In this document: positions 26,918-37,936 of the stretch, in pieces
Position numbering within the stretch: the stretch's first letter is position 1
Layout: each line of letters opens with the position of its first letter
Assembly: GCF_003918875.1 (NCBI RefSeq)
Contig: NW_025767176.1
Coordinates: 310,001-374,000 of the forward strand
Source of the DNA: Haliotis rubra
Lineage: Eukaryota
Length of the DNA: 64,000 bases
Direction: 5' to 3'
Made by a program: the position numbers and the translations under genes
The notes under the pieces: model-generated
Databases searched by the model: none
What the model was told of the DNA's origin: nothing
Seen by the model: the letters and a program-made list of their open reading frames with translations, nothing else

Positions 26918-27239
26918 TAACAGCAATACTTACAGAACCTGCCTTGTCCCACAACTTCTTGAAAGCAAAGATTGCCAGTTTGTCAACAAGGGGAGGTAAC
27001 TCCAAATTCTTCTCACTAGCTCCTGCTGACAGGACATTTTTTGGAGCTTCGATGATTTGCTGCCACTGACAATCACTACTAACAAACTTTGTATCTACTG
27101 TCGCAAACCATTTCAAGACAAAAGCAGTTTGAAAGCTGTGAAAATGTTTTAAACAATCCCAAATTGACAACAATGAGGATGGATTGTTGTTCAGAATGTC
27201 AATAACTTGTTTACAAGGACCCAGTCAGCTTCTTAAAAA

Positions 27240-27452
27240 GATCCAAGTTAGAATTGGTCTTCAGTAACCCATGCTTGTCGTAAAAGGCGACTAACGGGAT
27301 CGGGTGGTCAGACTCGCTGACTTGGTTGACACATGTCATCGTATCCCAATTGCGTAGATCGATGCTCATGCTCTTTTTCACCGGTCTGTCAGGTCCAGAC
27401 TCGACCGTCGCCATATAGCTGAGTGCGGCGTAAAACTAAACTCACTCATTCA
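27240..27452 (+). mobile_element. SINE-like family B
   Basis: Homology to family B. Confidence 0.85.
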
Positions 27453-28759
27453 CCCACTTGAAAAAATGTTATACTAAGGGATGTGAAGAAAGAGTACTTA
27501 CATCCATTTATCCATATTTGCACCACAATGATGGTAGAATAGCAGTCAATAAGAAATGGTCTAGTTTGATCAATAGGAAACAACCGATTGTTTGATATTC
27601 ACAGCCATACTGCCAATTCCTTACCATAATGACATTCAAACCGAAACACTATTTCACATTTTCTTAGCCCACGACCTGTCTCTGAGGTAGCGATGGCGAC
27701 TTGGATATTGGTAAATGGAAAATTGGCATTTCGACACGGCGGGTTTGAGCTCACACGATTGAACCAAATAACGCATATACATAATAATAAAAAAGTAAGT
27801 TCGAGATTTGTTTCCTTTAACTAGTACTCACCTCCAAACCCAACTGCAACTCACCTCCAATACTCCACCCCAAATCCGAGATACCCCCTCCCCTCTACTC
27901 AGTCCCGACCATGGAATTTCAAATAGTTGGTCCCTTGGCACTAGTCTGATTACCATTTGCTCAGGAACACTTTTAAACAATTGTTTCGAGTATAGAGTGC
28001 AAGATCAATCATTTCAAATGATGGCAACATTGGAACGAACAGTGACCAGAGGCGATGGGAAACGGCGCTATCGGAATGGCATGGAGTCAATTGATAATGC
28101 TGTAAGGCAAAGTCCAAGTACCGAACAATTGTGGAGACCAACAGCGTCAATTGTAGTGATGTATCTCGTCAATAACAATAAATCATTATTTATGAATGAT
28201 CATTAATGAACGTGGATGACTATAACATTCATTTATGGCTCTACCCAATGAAATGTAATGGTCGTTTGGAAGTTCAGATTGTTTACATCTCACCTCCACC
28301 TTTAGCAGGCATGTGAGGCAATTAGCTAAACGGAATGTGAGACACTTTCAAATTATATAGCGATGAATGTTAGTGCTCCGGTGCTGGGGAAGAGACAAAA
28401 CTGTCGCTGATGGTTTTTTGGTAAAGCCTACGAGCATGGACATTGTGTCCTTGACCATGGTCACAACGATGACAAAACGACTAATAATTCGAACACAGAT
28501 ATATTTGGTAACCATGGCAATGGAAAAGTCACATTGACCTTCAACCAGGTCAGTTACCCCAACCACCTCCGTTGTCCCGAAGCTACAGCGTCTGTCCATT
28601 GACGGGAAGGTCAGTGACAACGGGTCAGACGTCACCGGAAAGATGGTTTGTTGACGTCTGAATGACGTTCGGTATTAATGGAAGCCTGGTCACCTTTCAG
28701 TCAGCATGATGTGAACTGCGGGGGGTGTCCACGGTATCTCGGTTGGTTAGCACTATTAA

Positions 28760-29337
28760 GTGAGTGAGTAAGCTAATCTTTAACGTCACATCGGCAATAT
28801 TTCAGCCATATCGGGACGAGAACATGTTTGACATTGAAATGGAACATGTGGATATTATATAAACCTGTCGTCAAAGGACAGTAAAACAACTAGAATATCA
28901 CAATTAGAATTAAAACTAGCGTGGAAAATTAAAACTAATCTTACTATTTGGACAATACAATATAAAAACAGGCTATATATCACCAACAACTGAAGGTAGA
29001 TCACCATACTAGGGACCATGGGGACTTACAGTACCTTTGCTACCTGCATGGACCCTAATTGGATTTACACCATCCCTTCAGCTGCTGGCGATTGTAAGAA
29101 ATGTTAGCCAAAATTAAAATAACAAGAATACTACGGTTAAAAATCCTGGTAAGTTTAAATTGACTTTGAAAGTTTTGGGACTTGCGTACCTTCTCAGGAG
29201 GACAATAATTTTACAATACTTCAACCCTCTTTGAGGGAACAGCCACTAACAATCCCAGTTACTAATCTAAGCTACTAATAATAGAATACCTATCTATTTA
29301 CAAAAGATTTTTTAAATTTATCTAGCAATTCTATTTC
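28760..29337 (-). mobile_element. 5'-truncated LINE 3' end (I/Nimb-like) sharing its tail with SINEs A and B
   Basis: 14-bp TSD GTTAGCACTATTAA (28746-28759, 29338-29351); 3' end GATATGGCTGAAATATTGCCGATGTGACGTTAAA + (TCAC)n. Confidence 0.75.
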
Positions 29338-29499
29338 GTTAGCACTATTAAACCGGCTGAAGTCCAGAATTGCGCAAACAGGCAACATGCAGTGTTTAAA
29401 TGCGCTCTGAATTAGTGCAGTAATTGTACACACAACATCAAACCCAATGTCGGTTGAATGACTTTTCAGAAACACGCAGGGTCATTATTGGTTTGGAGG

Positions 29500-29612
29500 A
29501 GGGGCGGGGGCTAGTGGTTAAAGCGTTCGCGGGTCATGCTGAAGACCCGGGTTCGATTCCCACATGGGTACAATGTGTTGAAGCCCCTTTCTACAGCTGG
29601 AATAACGGCGTA
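29500..29612 (+). mobile_element. SINE family A, deleted
   Basis: Head and core match family A. Confidence 0.75.
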
Positions 29613-29709
29613 AATATAAACCATTTTTTGTTTTGCCATTTGTGTCCAATGGAATCTGTTTCAGCGGTTGATATGAACTTGTTCTTCTCTCTGGTGTTCC
29701 ATGTTCGAC

Positions 29710-30155
29710 AACTAGTCAAGTCAAAGATGTTTATTGTACAAAAGGCCTCCGGCCCATATACATTGGAGTTATACATATACATTATACATATGGCGCAATA
29801 AGTAGTAATTAGTGATCCAAACAGCAAATCATGATACAGGCAGTAAATTATGTACAAGTAGTGAAATACGATGGACCTACAACCCTTTTTATCAGATTGT
29901 TACGTTTAATAAGAGCATAATTGATATAGTACGACAGCTTTATTATTACATGCTGGTCAGTTGATGAAAGAAGTAGTTTAAATGCTAATGTAGGTGGCTT
30001 ACGTAGATAATATTCAGCTATATATTTCGTACGCAAATCTTTATACAAAGGACATACAAGTAAATAACGGATTTCATTTTCCACATCTATATTACACAGT
30101 GGGCACATTCTCTTGCATCGTTCAATATAAAAACGTCTTCCTTCGTTACTAAGTA
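29710..30155 (-). mobile_element. Non-LTR retrotransposon 3' fragment
   Basis: CPLC..DVENE..YLLVCPLY..LR zinc-knuckle tail of ORF2. Confidence 0.8.
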
Positions 30156-32371
30156 ACTGGGGATATGAAAACGCTCTTTAGGTAGCACCATTTGACTTTG
30201 ACTTCAGTCGCTTTTCGTCATCTAAAGCCAACTCAATTAGTGAAACGGATGTGCATACGCTCTGCGGTTCATTCAAACAAACATTGCTAGTTCCCCATCC
30301 ACTTCCCACTGAAAGTTCACCTAAAGTAAAGTTCACCTATTGTATACACTTCTACACCAGACACAATACCACACATTTCTCCTACGCACAAGCTCTCGGG
30401 GATAGTTAATCAGATCTTTCATTATGTACTGCAATATCAATGTAAGACGCTTCCAAACTGGCTGTTTTACAATATAATCGTGGTATTCCAGCCTCAAGAC
30501 AGCTGATAAAGAGTGCCGTATTAATGACAGCTGATGAAATATTTAGTGCAATATTTTTTCGACACAATAGGCCCAATGCAAAGAATCAGTTCAATGAAGG
30601 ATCATGCACATTTCAGTGCATTTACAGTCTGCACAGAATTGCAGAACATAAATGAGGTTTTTAATGGCTTATGGCCTTTGACTGCTTTTCAGACAAGCAG
30701 ACAAGTAATAGACCGTGTTTTGTTGTGTGCCTTCTAATCTCCTCTGTTGAAGAGGAATGCTGAGTGACATTAACAATTCTCGTTCAGGGCTAACTGACGT
30801 GCTGTTCTATTGACGTGTCTGCCCTCCTACGTTAAGACGCATGTTACCAAGAAAACAAACGACAAGAGTTTGAAGACGGTTTAGTTTCGGGTTAAAAATC
30901 TTCGCTTTATTATTTTAATTAAATTTTAGATTATCGTATATGGGGCAATATGAATGTCGCATTTCCACTTCCAATATAAGTTTAGATCAGTACATCCAAA
31001 TGAAGCTGACAAGTCACGTGGCATTTCACGGACAGTGTGGGACTGTGTACATAGGCTTTGTCAGCGAACATTGCTGTGTCGCATTTTAATTCAATTTGTA
31101 AGTCAGGCAGAGACAGTTTTTCCATTCTATAAAGTTATGTTATTCTTAAAAACGTAATGTTTTCACCAGTGATGTTAGTAGAGAGAAGCATCTGCAAACA
31201 AAGTAACGGGTTGCGACGGAGTTAGTTGTACTGTAGGAGACAAGGAAATGGCACCTAGCATCGTTGGTTACCAAAGGTACGTTTGATTACGAGGGGGCAG
31301 ACCAGAATGGCGTAGTGACGTCAATACAGTGTGACGTAATGCAAACAGTGCAGTTGATCTTTTTGCATCTTAGAAATTAATATAATCAAATTGAACAACT
31401 CCCGTATTTAATTTCCAGTACATACAGAAAGCAGGTGTATATTTCTCCCTGCACTGGTCCCGTCTGCAGTGTTTTAATGCTTTCTAAGGGCGCATGATTA
31501 CGTCTATTAGACACAGTATACTCAATCCCAGGCAGGGTACCATCTGTTAGCATGTTTTGGTGTGACGCTATTGGGGAACAACCAATAACGGGGTGGAGGT
31601 TCTACTGAAGTACACTGCTCCAGCCGTCAAGATACAGGTTTGACATTCGACATAAAAGAAAGAAAAAAAAGAGGAAACAACTACAACAAAAATGAGTCTC
31701 ATGTACTCTTAAAAAGGGGTTTATGACTTATATATGCTAATACCGAGTATTAGAACAAAGATTTTGTTGACGACATGCATTATCTTGCAGAATCCAGGAC
31801 GTACAGCGCCAAAACACATCGAATAGTCGAACGTGGCGCGTGCGTTTGCACGGGTGTAATTCTTGATGTTCGTCTTATTGATTCTGCTGTCAGACAACTG
31901 CGATTGATATGATAGTTGTTTGTGTGTGAACTAACGATGCGATGCTTGCCATGCGCGTAGGGTGTACAGCTTATTGACATTCTGGAAATTTGCAGAATTC
32001 AGCACGATGTGTTACGTTAATCACACTCTCTGATTAGCAGACCATGGGACAGGTACGAACAAACCCAAAATTGTGACGACCGACCCTGTTCATGGCGACA
32101 AAAGAGTGAAGGATCAATTTCGCCGAAACAATGTTCACCAAGACCGTTCGCGTTACGGGTCAGGCGATTAGAAATCGTGAACACATTTCCATGCTAAAGG
32201 TCCACGTGATGTCAATAGTCAAACTGCCAATAGTGTACATACAATCGTAACTGGAACATCGTCGGTGGTCAAGTGTCATGTTTTCGGAGATCAACAACAT
32301 ATGTTAGCGTCTAGTGAATGAGTGAGTGCACGCGTGTTTTGGGTATGAGTGAGTGTGTGCGCTTTGAATGA

Positions 32372-32490
32372 TTGATTGAGTGAGTGGGTTTAGTTTTACG
32401 CCGCACTCAGCAATATTCCAGCTATATGGCGGCGGTCTGTAAATAATCGAGTCTGGAGCAGACAATCCAGTGATCAACAGCATGAGCATT
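32372..32490 (-). mobile_element. SINE-like family B 3' fragment
   Basis: Homology to family B. Confidence 0.8.
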
Positions 32491-32700
32491 TGAATGATTG
32501 ATGTTGGGTGATAGTTAATGTGTGAGTTACTAATGCGTGAGTAGAGTGAGTGATAATGAGTGAGTTTTCACCGGGCCTTTGATGCGAAGAACAACGACTT
32601 TCTGACATAGGGATTCCAACCGGCCCCAAAGGACACATAACATTAACGTGGATTTACTGTGTATATAAAGACATTCCATATTGAAATCTAATTTATTTGG

Positions 32701-32866
32701 GGGCGGTGGGGTAGTATAGTGCAAGCGTTGGCTCGTCACGCCGAAGACCCGGGTTCGAATCCCCACATGGGTACAATGTGTGAAGCCCATTTCTGGTGTC
32801 CCCCGCCGTGATATTGCTGGATTATTGCTAAAAGCGGCGTAAAACCAAACTAAGTCAGTCAGTCAG
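32701..32866 (+). mobile_element. SINE family A, full length
   Basis: 14-bp TSD TCTAATTTATTTGG (32687-32700, 32867-32880). Confidence 0.95.
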
Positions 32867-32951
32867 TCTAATTTATTTGGAAAAAATGTCATTGACTCCA
32901 CGCTTATGTTGCAAAAAGACAAATAAACCGCATTATAAGGAAAAATAGTCT

Positions 32952-32957
32952 TTTATT
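32952..32957 (-). terminator. Candidate polyadenylation signal (AATAAA) of gene 2
   Basis: AATAAA on the minus strand ~300 nt past the stop. Confidence 0.45.
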
Positions 32958-33254
32958 TGCATTGTAAAAGAAAAGAAAGACTTTATGGCGACGTTCAGAA
33001 CACCGTCTGTACTAATGAATATGGCATCACTGTACGTATGTTTTGCATGTGATGGTAGGGATGCAATGTAAATCCTCCAAGAATCCATGATGTCACTTGT
33101 TGAAATGCATAGCACCATTCTATGATATACAGTATACAGAAACGTGATATCGTGGGTCCAGCAATTGCACGCTGCTGTTTGTAACAGTTTGACGAGAGGT
33201 TTCACGAAGAGGTTTCACGAAAAGGTTTCACGAATCGGTTTCACGAATCAGATC

Positions 33255-33316
33255 CTACTGATACTGAATTCTCTTCTTCAGCTGTGACATTTCCTCTTCG
33301 TCGACCAAGCCATCGC
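33255..33316 (-). CDS. Gene 2 last coding exon (GDGLVDEEEMSQLKKRIQYQ*)
   Basis: Acceptor attcttcttag|. The phase-1 join completes the EF-hand loop. TAG at 33257-33255. Confidence 0.9.
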
Positions 33317-35827
33317 CTAAGAAGAATTGATTATGCATCAATGAAAACATATAGTATCCAGTTAAGTCAAGGCAAGAGAAGGCAAGGTAGTTTGCAATCA
33401 AGTCTCACATGCATGATGCGACTTTTCGGTATAGATCGTTATACCGTTGGGTGATCTGTACCGAAACGTCTCATCATGGCATATATCTCAAAAGAACTTG
33501 AAGAACACTCATTTTCTCAAATGACTGTAATACAAATGACATCACATGTTAGTTATAATCATTTGAAGAAATCGGATGTCCTTAAACTTCTTTTATAATC
33601 AAGTCGTTATCCATAAAATAAAAAGGTTTTGTTGTTAAGAGGACAACAAACACAACACAACATATGTGTTAAAATTATGACTGAAATTATATTATATCTC
33701 AAAGAATCTGAGACAACCTTACCCATCCAAACCCACACCTACCCTTCATTGTATAGTCCTACACCCAATGAAGCATATGTCCTCGCTTAAAGCGGTCAAC
33801 CTATCAAGATGAAATATGAAACTGGCTATTTCTGGGACGTTACACTGATCTGGATTTATTATCAAACGTTATCGTCATCCCCGTTGTACTCATCCCTCTG
33901 AAATCTGAAACTATCTCATCTATGGTAATCAAAGAAAATCATTATTTTTCTGATCCACACTGTGTACATTTGTGAAATATATTTAAGCCTTCGAATCAGC
34001 TCTGTAAAGAGGTATGTGAACATAACTATAGCTCATAACAAATGTGTCAGTGTTCGGTTACCAACTGAAATTTCAAACTGAATATTCTGTCTTCAGTCGC
34101 TTATTGAACATCTGCGAGATGTATTAAAGTGTGTAATAACATCTTGCACGGATCTATATTTCAAATTGCGAAACTTACCATTCCTGTCAATGTATCCTCT
34201 GATTATTCCTGCAAGAAGTCTTGGAGAACCAGACACTAGTTCCCTCATTTCTTCAGTGGTGTACAAGGGCCTTCAATGATATTAAAACAATATTAAATCA
34301 TACATAATGGTTTGTCTTCAGGACAGCAGCATCGGCTCGGTATGGTATTTGACTACATTTAATCAGTGTAATGGCATATTAAGTTCAAATGACTTGAACA
34401 CGTTGCAATCCAATTCTGGAAACCCCAAAGTCAAGAAACTTTCCGCACTGTGGCCACTTTCTGACAAAGGATTTGACAAAATTCAACATGCAGTTGTCAT
34501 GATTATATCTTAAGGTTGAAAAAATGAAAATGTCTTTTTCAAAGACTCAAAATTTAAACTACAGTGGCACATGGATCAGCCCATTGGTGAGAATGTTTAG
34601 TTTCGTTCAGAATTCATGTTTTGGAGGTTGTAATTGAATGAAAGTATGTTTATACGTATCATAACACAAAACTTAACTCATTGTTACTAATTCGGCTTAT
34701 TTAGAGCGATTTTAAAACATCTCGCCCAAGGGCGAGAATTTCTCCTTTTTGTTCAAAATTCATGTTTTTTTCAGATTTTGGAGGTTGTAAATGAATGAAA
34801 GTATGTTTATAAGCATCGTGACAAAAAATATTATAATAATTATTATTATTATTGGATATTTATATAGCGCACATATCCACGCACTAGTGCATGCTCAATT
34901 CGGCTAATTTAGAGTGATTTTAAAATATCCCGCCCACATACTCGGGGCGGTGGGGTAGCCTAGTGGTTAAAGCGTTGGCTCGTCACGCCGAAAACCCGGG
35001 TTCGATTCCCCACATGGGCACAATGTGTTAAGCCCATTTCTGGTGTCCCCCGCCGTGATATTGCTGGAATATTGCTAAAAGCGGCGTAAAACTAAACTCA
35101 GTCAGTCAGTGTTTCATACTCGCTGGTATTGTTAAAATCCTTTCGCTAAAACATTGTTTTTCTTTGGATATGTGGAAATGGATACGGACAAACGGCTTAC
35201 TCATTGTAAGTAATATATATTTTATGCTCTGTTTTTTTTGGCGTGATGACAAGAGACCCGGGAAATTCATTTTGAAAATGATAGAAATTCGCAGTGTAAT
35301 AAACATGGATGGTACAGAAGATGGAGGAACGATTTCCGACAAATCAGTCTTGTTCTTCCAGGATTTTAACACACGATGCTGAGACTCTGGCACACATTGG
35401 GGATGTACCTCCATTTTTGGAGTCATACTGTACTGGACATTTCAGTTAATATTAAAAATGGCATTTAGATAACAAGCTCTGTGTGATGCCTTTTCTTGTC
35501 TGATGACCAAGTCAAACGGTAATCAGATGGATTCGGATTTGTCGAACTATGGATAAGTCGAACTAGTTATCTGTTCAACTCTACTTCTTTAAACCGTATT
35601 TAATGATTATCTTACCTTATTTTACCATTCATTCTTTCCATTTCCGTTGAACTTCTTTTCCCATAAAATCGACCCATCCTATCAAATATTGTCGACCGTT
35701 TTGCTTCCACAGTGGACAGGCTATTGTATAGATCTGACCCCTCGGGAACGCCTCTGCGGAAGGACTGTGACAGTGACAGCAATGTTGCCACAACAACACA
35801 CACCTGGATCGAATTCCGAAACTGCAT
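33255..35827 (-). CDS. Allatotropin-like neuropeptide precursor, gene 2 (spliced CDS: complement join 35616..35827,34179..34270,33255..33316; 121 aa)
   Basis: Spliced translation: MQFRNSIQVCVVVATLLSLSQSFRRGVPEGSDLYNSLSTVEAKR-STIFDRMGRFY-GKR-SSTEMERMNGKIRPLYTTEEMRELVSGSPRLLAGIIRGYIDRNGDGLVDEEEMSQLKKRIQYQ*. Same exon architecture and C-terminal domain as gene 1. Confidence 0.9.
34179..34270 (-). CDS. Gene 2 second coding exon (92 nt; RPLYTTEEMRELVSGSPRLLAGIIRGYIDRNG)
   Basis: Acceptor atcattgaag|, donor AATG|gtaagt. 11/30 residues identical to the gene 1 middle exon. Confidence 0.9.
34944..35109 (+). mobile_element. SINE family A (gene 2 intron)
   Basis: A/B boxes, core and (TCAG)n tail. Confidence 0.93.
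35616..35827 (-). CDS. Gene 2 first coding exon (signal peptide plus STIFDRMGRFYamide)
   Basis: Acceptor tttactttacag| (exon starts 35837), ATG at 35827, donor ATAAG|gtaaga (phase 2). Confidence 0.92.
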
Positions 35828-35902
35828 AGTGCTGTGTCTGTAAAGTAAATACACCAATTGAAAAGTTGAGCAATGAACGTCATAAAATGTATGTCAACAA
35901 AG

Positions 35903-36066
35903 TGAGTGAGTGAGTATAGTTTTACGCCGCTTTTAGCAATATTCCAGCAATATCACGGCGGGGGACACCAGAAATGGGCTTCACATATTGTACCCATGTG
36001 GGGAATCGAACCCAGGTCTTCGGTGTGACGAGCGGGTGCTTTAACCACTAGGCTATCCCACCGCCC
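35903..36066 (-). mobile_element. SINE family A, full length
   Basis: 15-bp TSD TGTATGTCAACAAAG (35888-35902, 36067-36081). Confidence 0.95.
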
Positions 36067-36294
36067 TGTATGTCAACAAAGAAACAGGTGACGGAATATG
36101 TCATAAAATATATAGAAACATGTTTGCATCGATGTGAACTGGTAAAATAAACGCGATATGACCTTTTTCATAATCTTGAATAAGACCCCATTTTGCGATC
36201 ATGTTTTACTGATATAAAAGTTATTGTTTTGCGTATGAATTGGAATTTTCTTTTAGATTTGGGAATCTAATTTGGGAAGAAGGCTTACTTGAGT

Positions 36295-36537
36295 GAGACA
36301 GTGAGTGAGTGAGTTTAGTTTACGTCGCACTCACCAATATTCCAGCTACATGGCGGCGTCTGTAAATAATCGAGTCTGGACAAGACAATCCAGTGATCAA
36401 TAGCATGATCATCGATCTACGCAATTGGGATACGATGACAACACAGTCACCGAGTCTGACCGCCCAATCCCGTTAGTCGCCTCTCACGACAAGCATGGGT
36501 TACTGAAGATCAATTCTAACCGGTATCTTCATGGGTC
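36295..36537 (-). mobile_element. SINE-like family B
   Basis: Homology to family B. Confidence 0.85.
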
Positions 36538-37022
36538 AGTTTACGTGAACTCTGGGTATGTCGATGGCAAGAACTAATAGCTATCAGTGAAACCATCTCA
36601 TCCCTTTAATATTTAAATCTACGAAAAAAAGATTCAGAGTAACAGGAAACTGACCACGAGGTTTGATCTCGAGAGGGATGCCTTTAACTTCCCAGTTGGC
36701 AACCTATCACTTCTGACAGTGTATCCATCCTTTGCATGAAATGTAGGATGTACGAGGAAATATAATAGCTTTAAGTGCAGTCGACTCATAAAATGTAAAG
36801 AGACAATCAACGGATTCGACTGTTGACAACCTGTTTGGGCATTATAGTCACATGGCATTGTCGTGCACAACAGTCGGCGCTGCCATGGTCACAAGAGTGA
36901 GTATGGTTTTACGCCGCTTGGGGAGTATTCTGGGGACACTTCATACATTGTACCCATGTTTGGTTTCGAACAAGTCTTCAGCATGATGAGCGGACGCGTT
37001 ACGCTTTAACCACTAGGCTAGT

Positions 37023-37023
<1 letters not shown>

Positions 37024-37061
<38 letters not shown>

Positions 37062-37080
37062 AACAAACACACACACAACA
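37024..37080. repeat. (CA)n microsatellite
   Basis: Seen directly; adjacent to a degenerate SINE A at ~36896-37022. Confidence 0.95.
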
Positions 37081-37586
37081 AAAAACCCACAAACAACAAC
37101 ACACCCCACCTCATGGCCACAAGAAAGGAAGATTGCGAAATGATACAATCCATTTGGAAGATCACGATATATATCCCACTACATGTGATTGCCAAGACTC
37201 ATCGTATTGCTACCAACCTAGAAAGTCGTAATGTCACAGGTGACTCCTCTACTGTTGAGAATAACAATATATTCAAATATGGACCACAATACCCTTAGCA
37301 ACCTCCTACCATAAGAGAACAGGAACACGTTGAGAGCCTTTCAGAAGTCAGTGCATGATGTTGTCATGGTAAAATGCACAAACCGAAAAAGCGACAACAG
37401 AATATACCAATTCCGTCCAGACAACTGCCATGTAAAGTTGGACTGACCAACGTGAAAGATGTGTACATTTCCCCACTGACAAGGCCCCGATTAACCTGAC
37501 CATCATATGTAATCTGTGAATAAATTAATTGTTTCGTCAAAAGGTTTGGTACAAGTGACCTATAAAAAATACCACGTTTAAGTGAG

Positions 37587-37936
37587 GTGAGGTGAAATTG
37601 GGTTTAACGTCGTGCTTGAGAATATTTCGCTCATATGACGACGTGCATGCGTGTGTATGTGTATGTGCGGCTGCTTGTACTAGCCCAGACTTAAGCTGGT
37701 TTTATAGTGCTAGCCCACTGAGATACCATGCCGCGGTTTAGAATGAATACCCCACTCAGACACATTATACTGACTCCGAGCCAACCAGTCCTTGTTGTAC
37801 CCATTAATGCCGAGCGCCAGGCAGGGAGCAACAAGTACCATATTTTAACGTCTTTTGGTATGACGCGGTCGGGGATCGAACCCGCGACCTTCCACTCTCC
37901 GGGCGGACGCTCTAACCACTACACCACGGAGGCGGT
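37587..37936 (-). mobile_element. tRNA-derived SINE family C (Meta/MESC-like core)
   Basis: A/B boxes, GTCATACCAAAAGACGTTAAAA...GCCTGGCGCTCGGCATTAA core, (TCACC)n tail, 13-bp TSD ACGTTTAAGTGAG. Confidence 0.9.

Noticed and set aside
27808-28206. 132-aa ORF containing GKRR
   Set aside because: Non-ATG start, no signal peptide, no recognisable domain or splice support.
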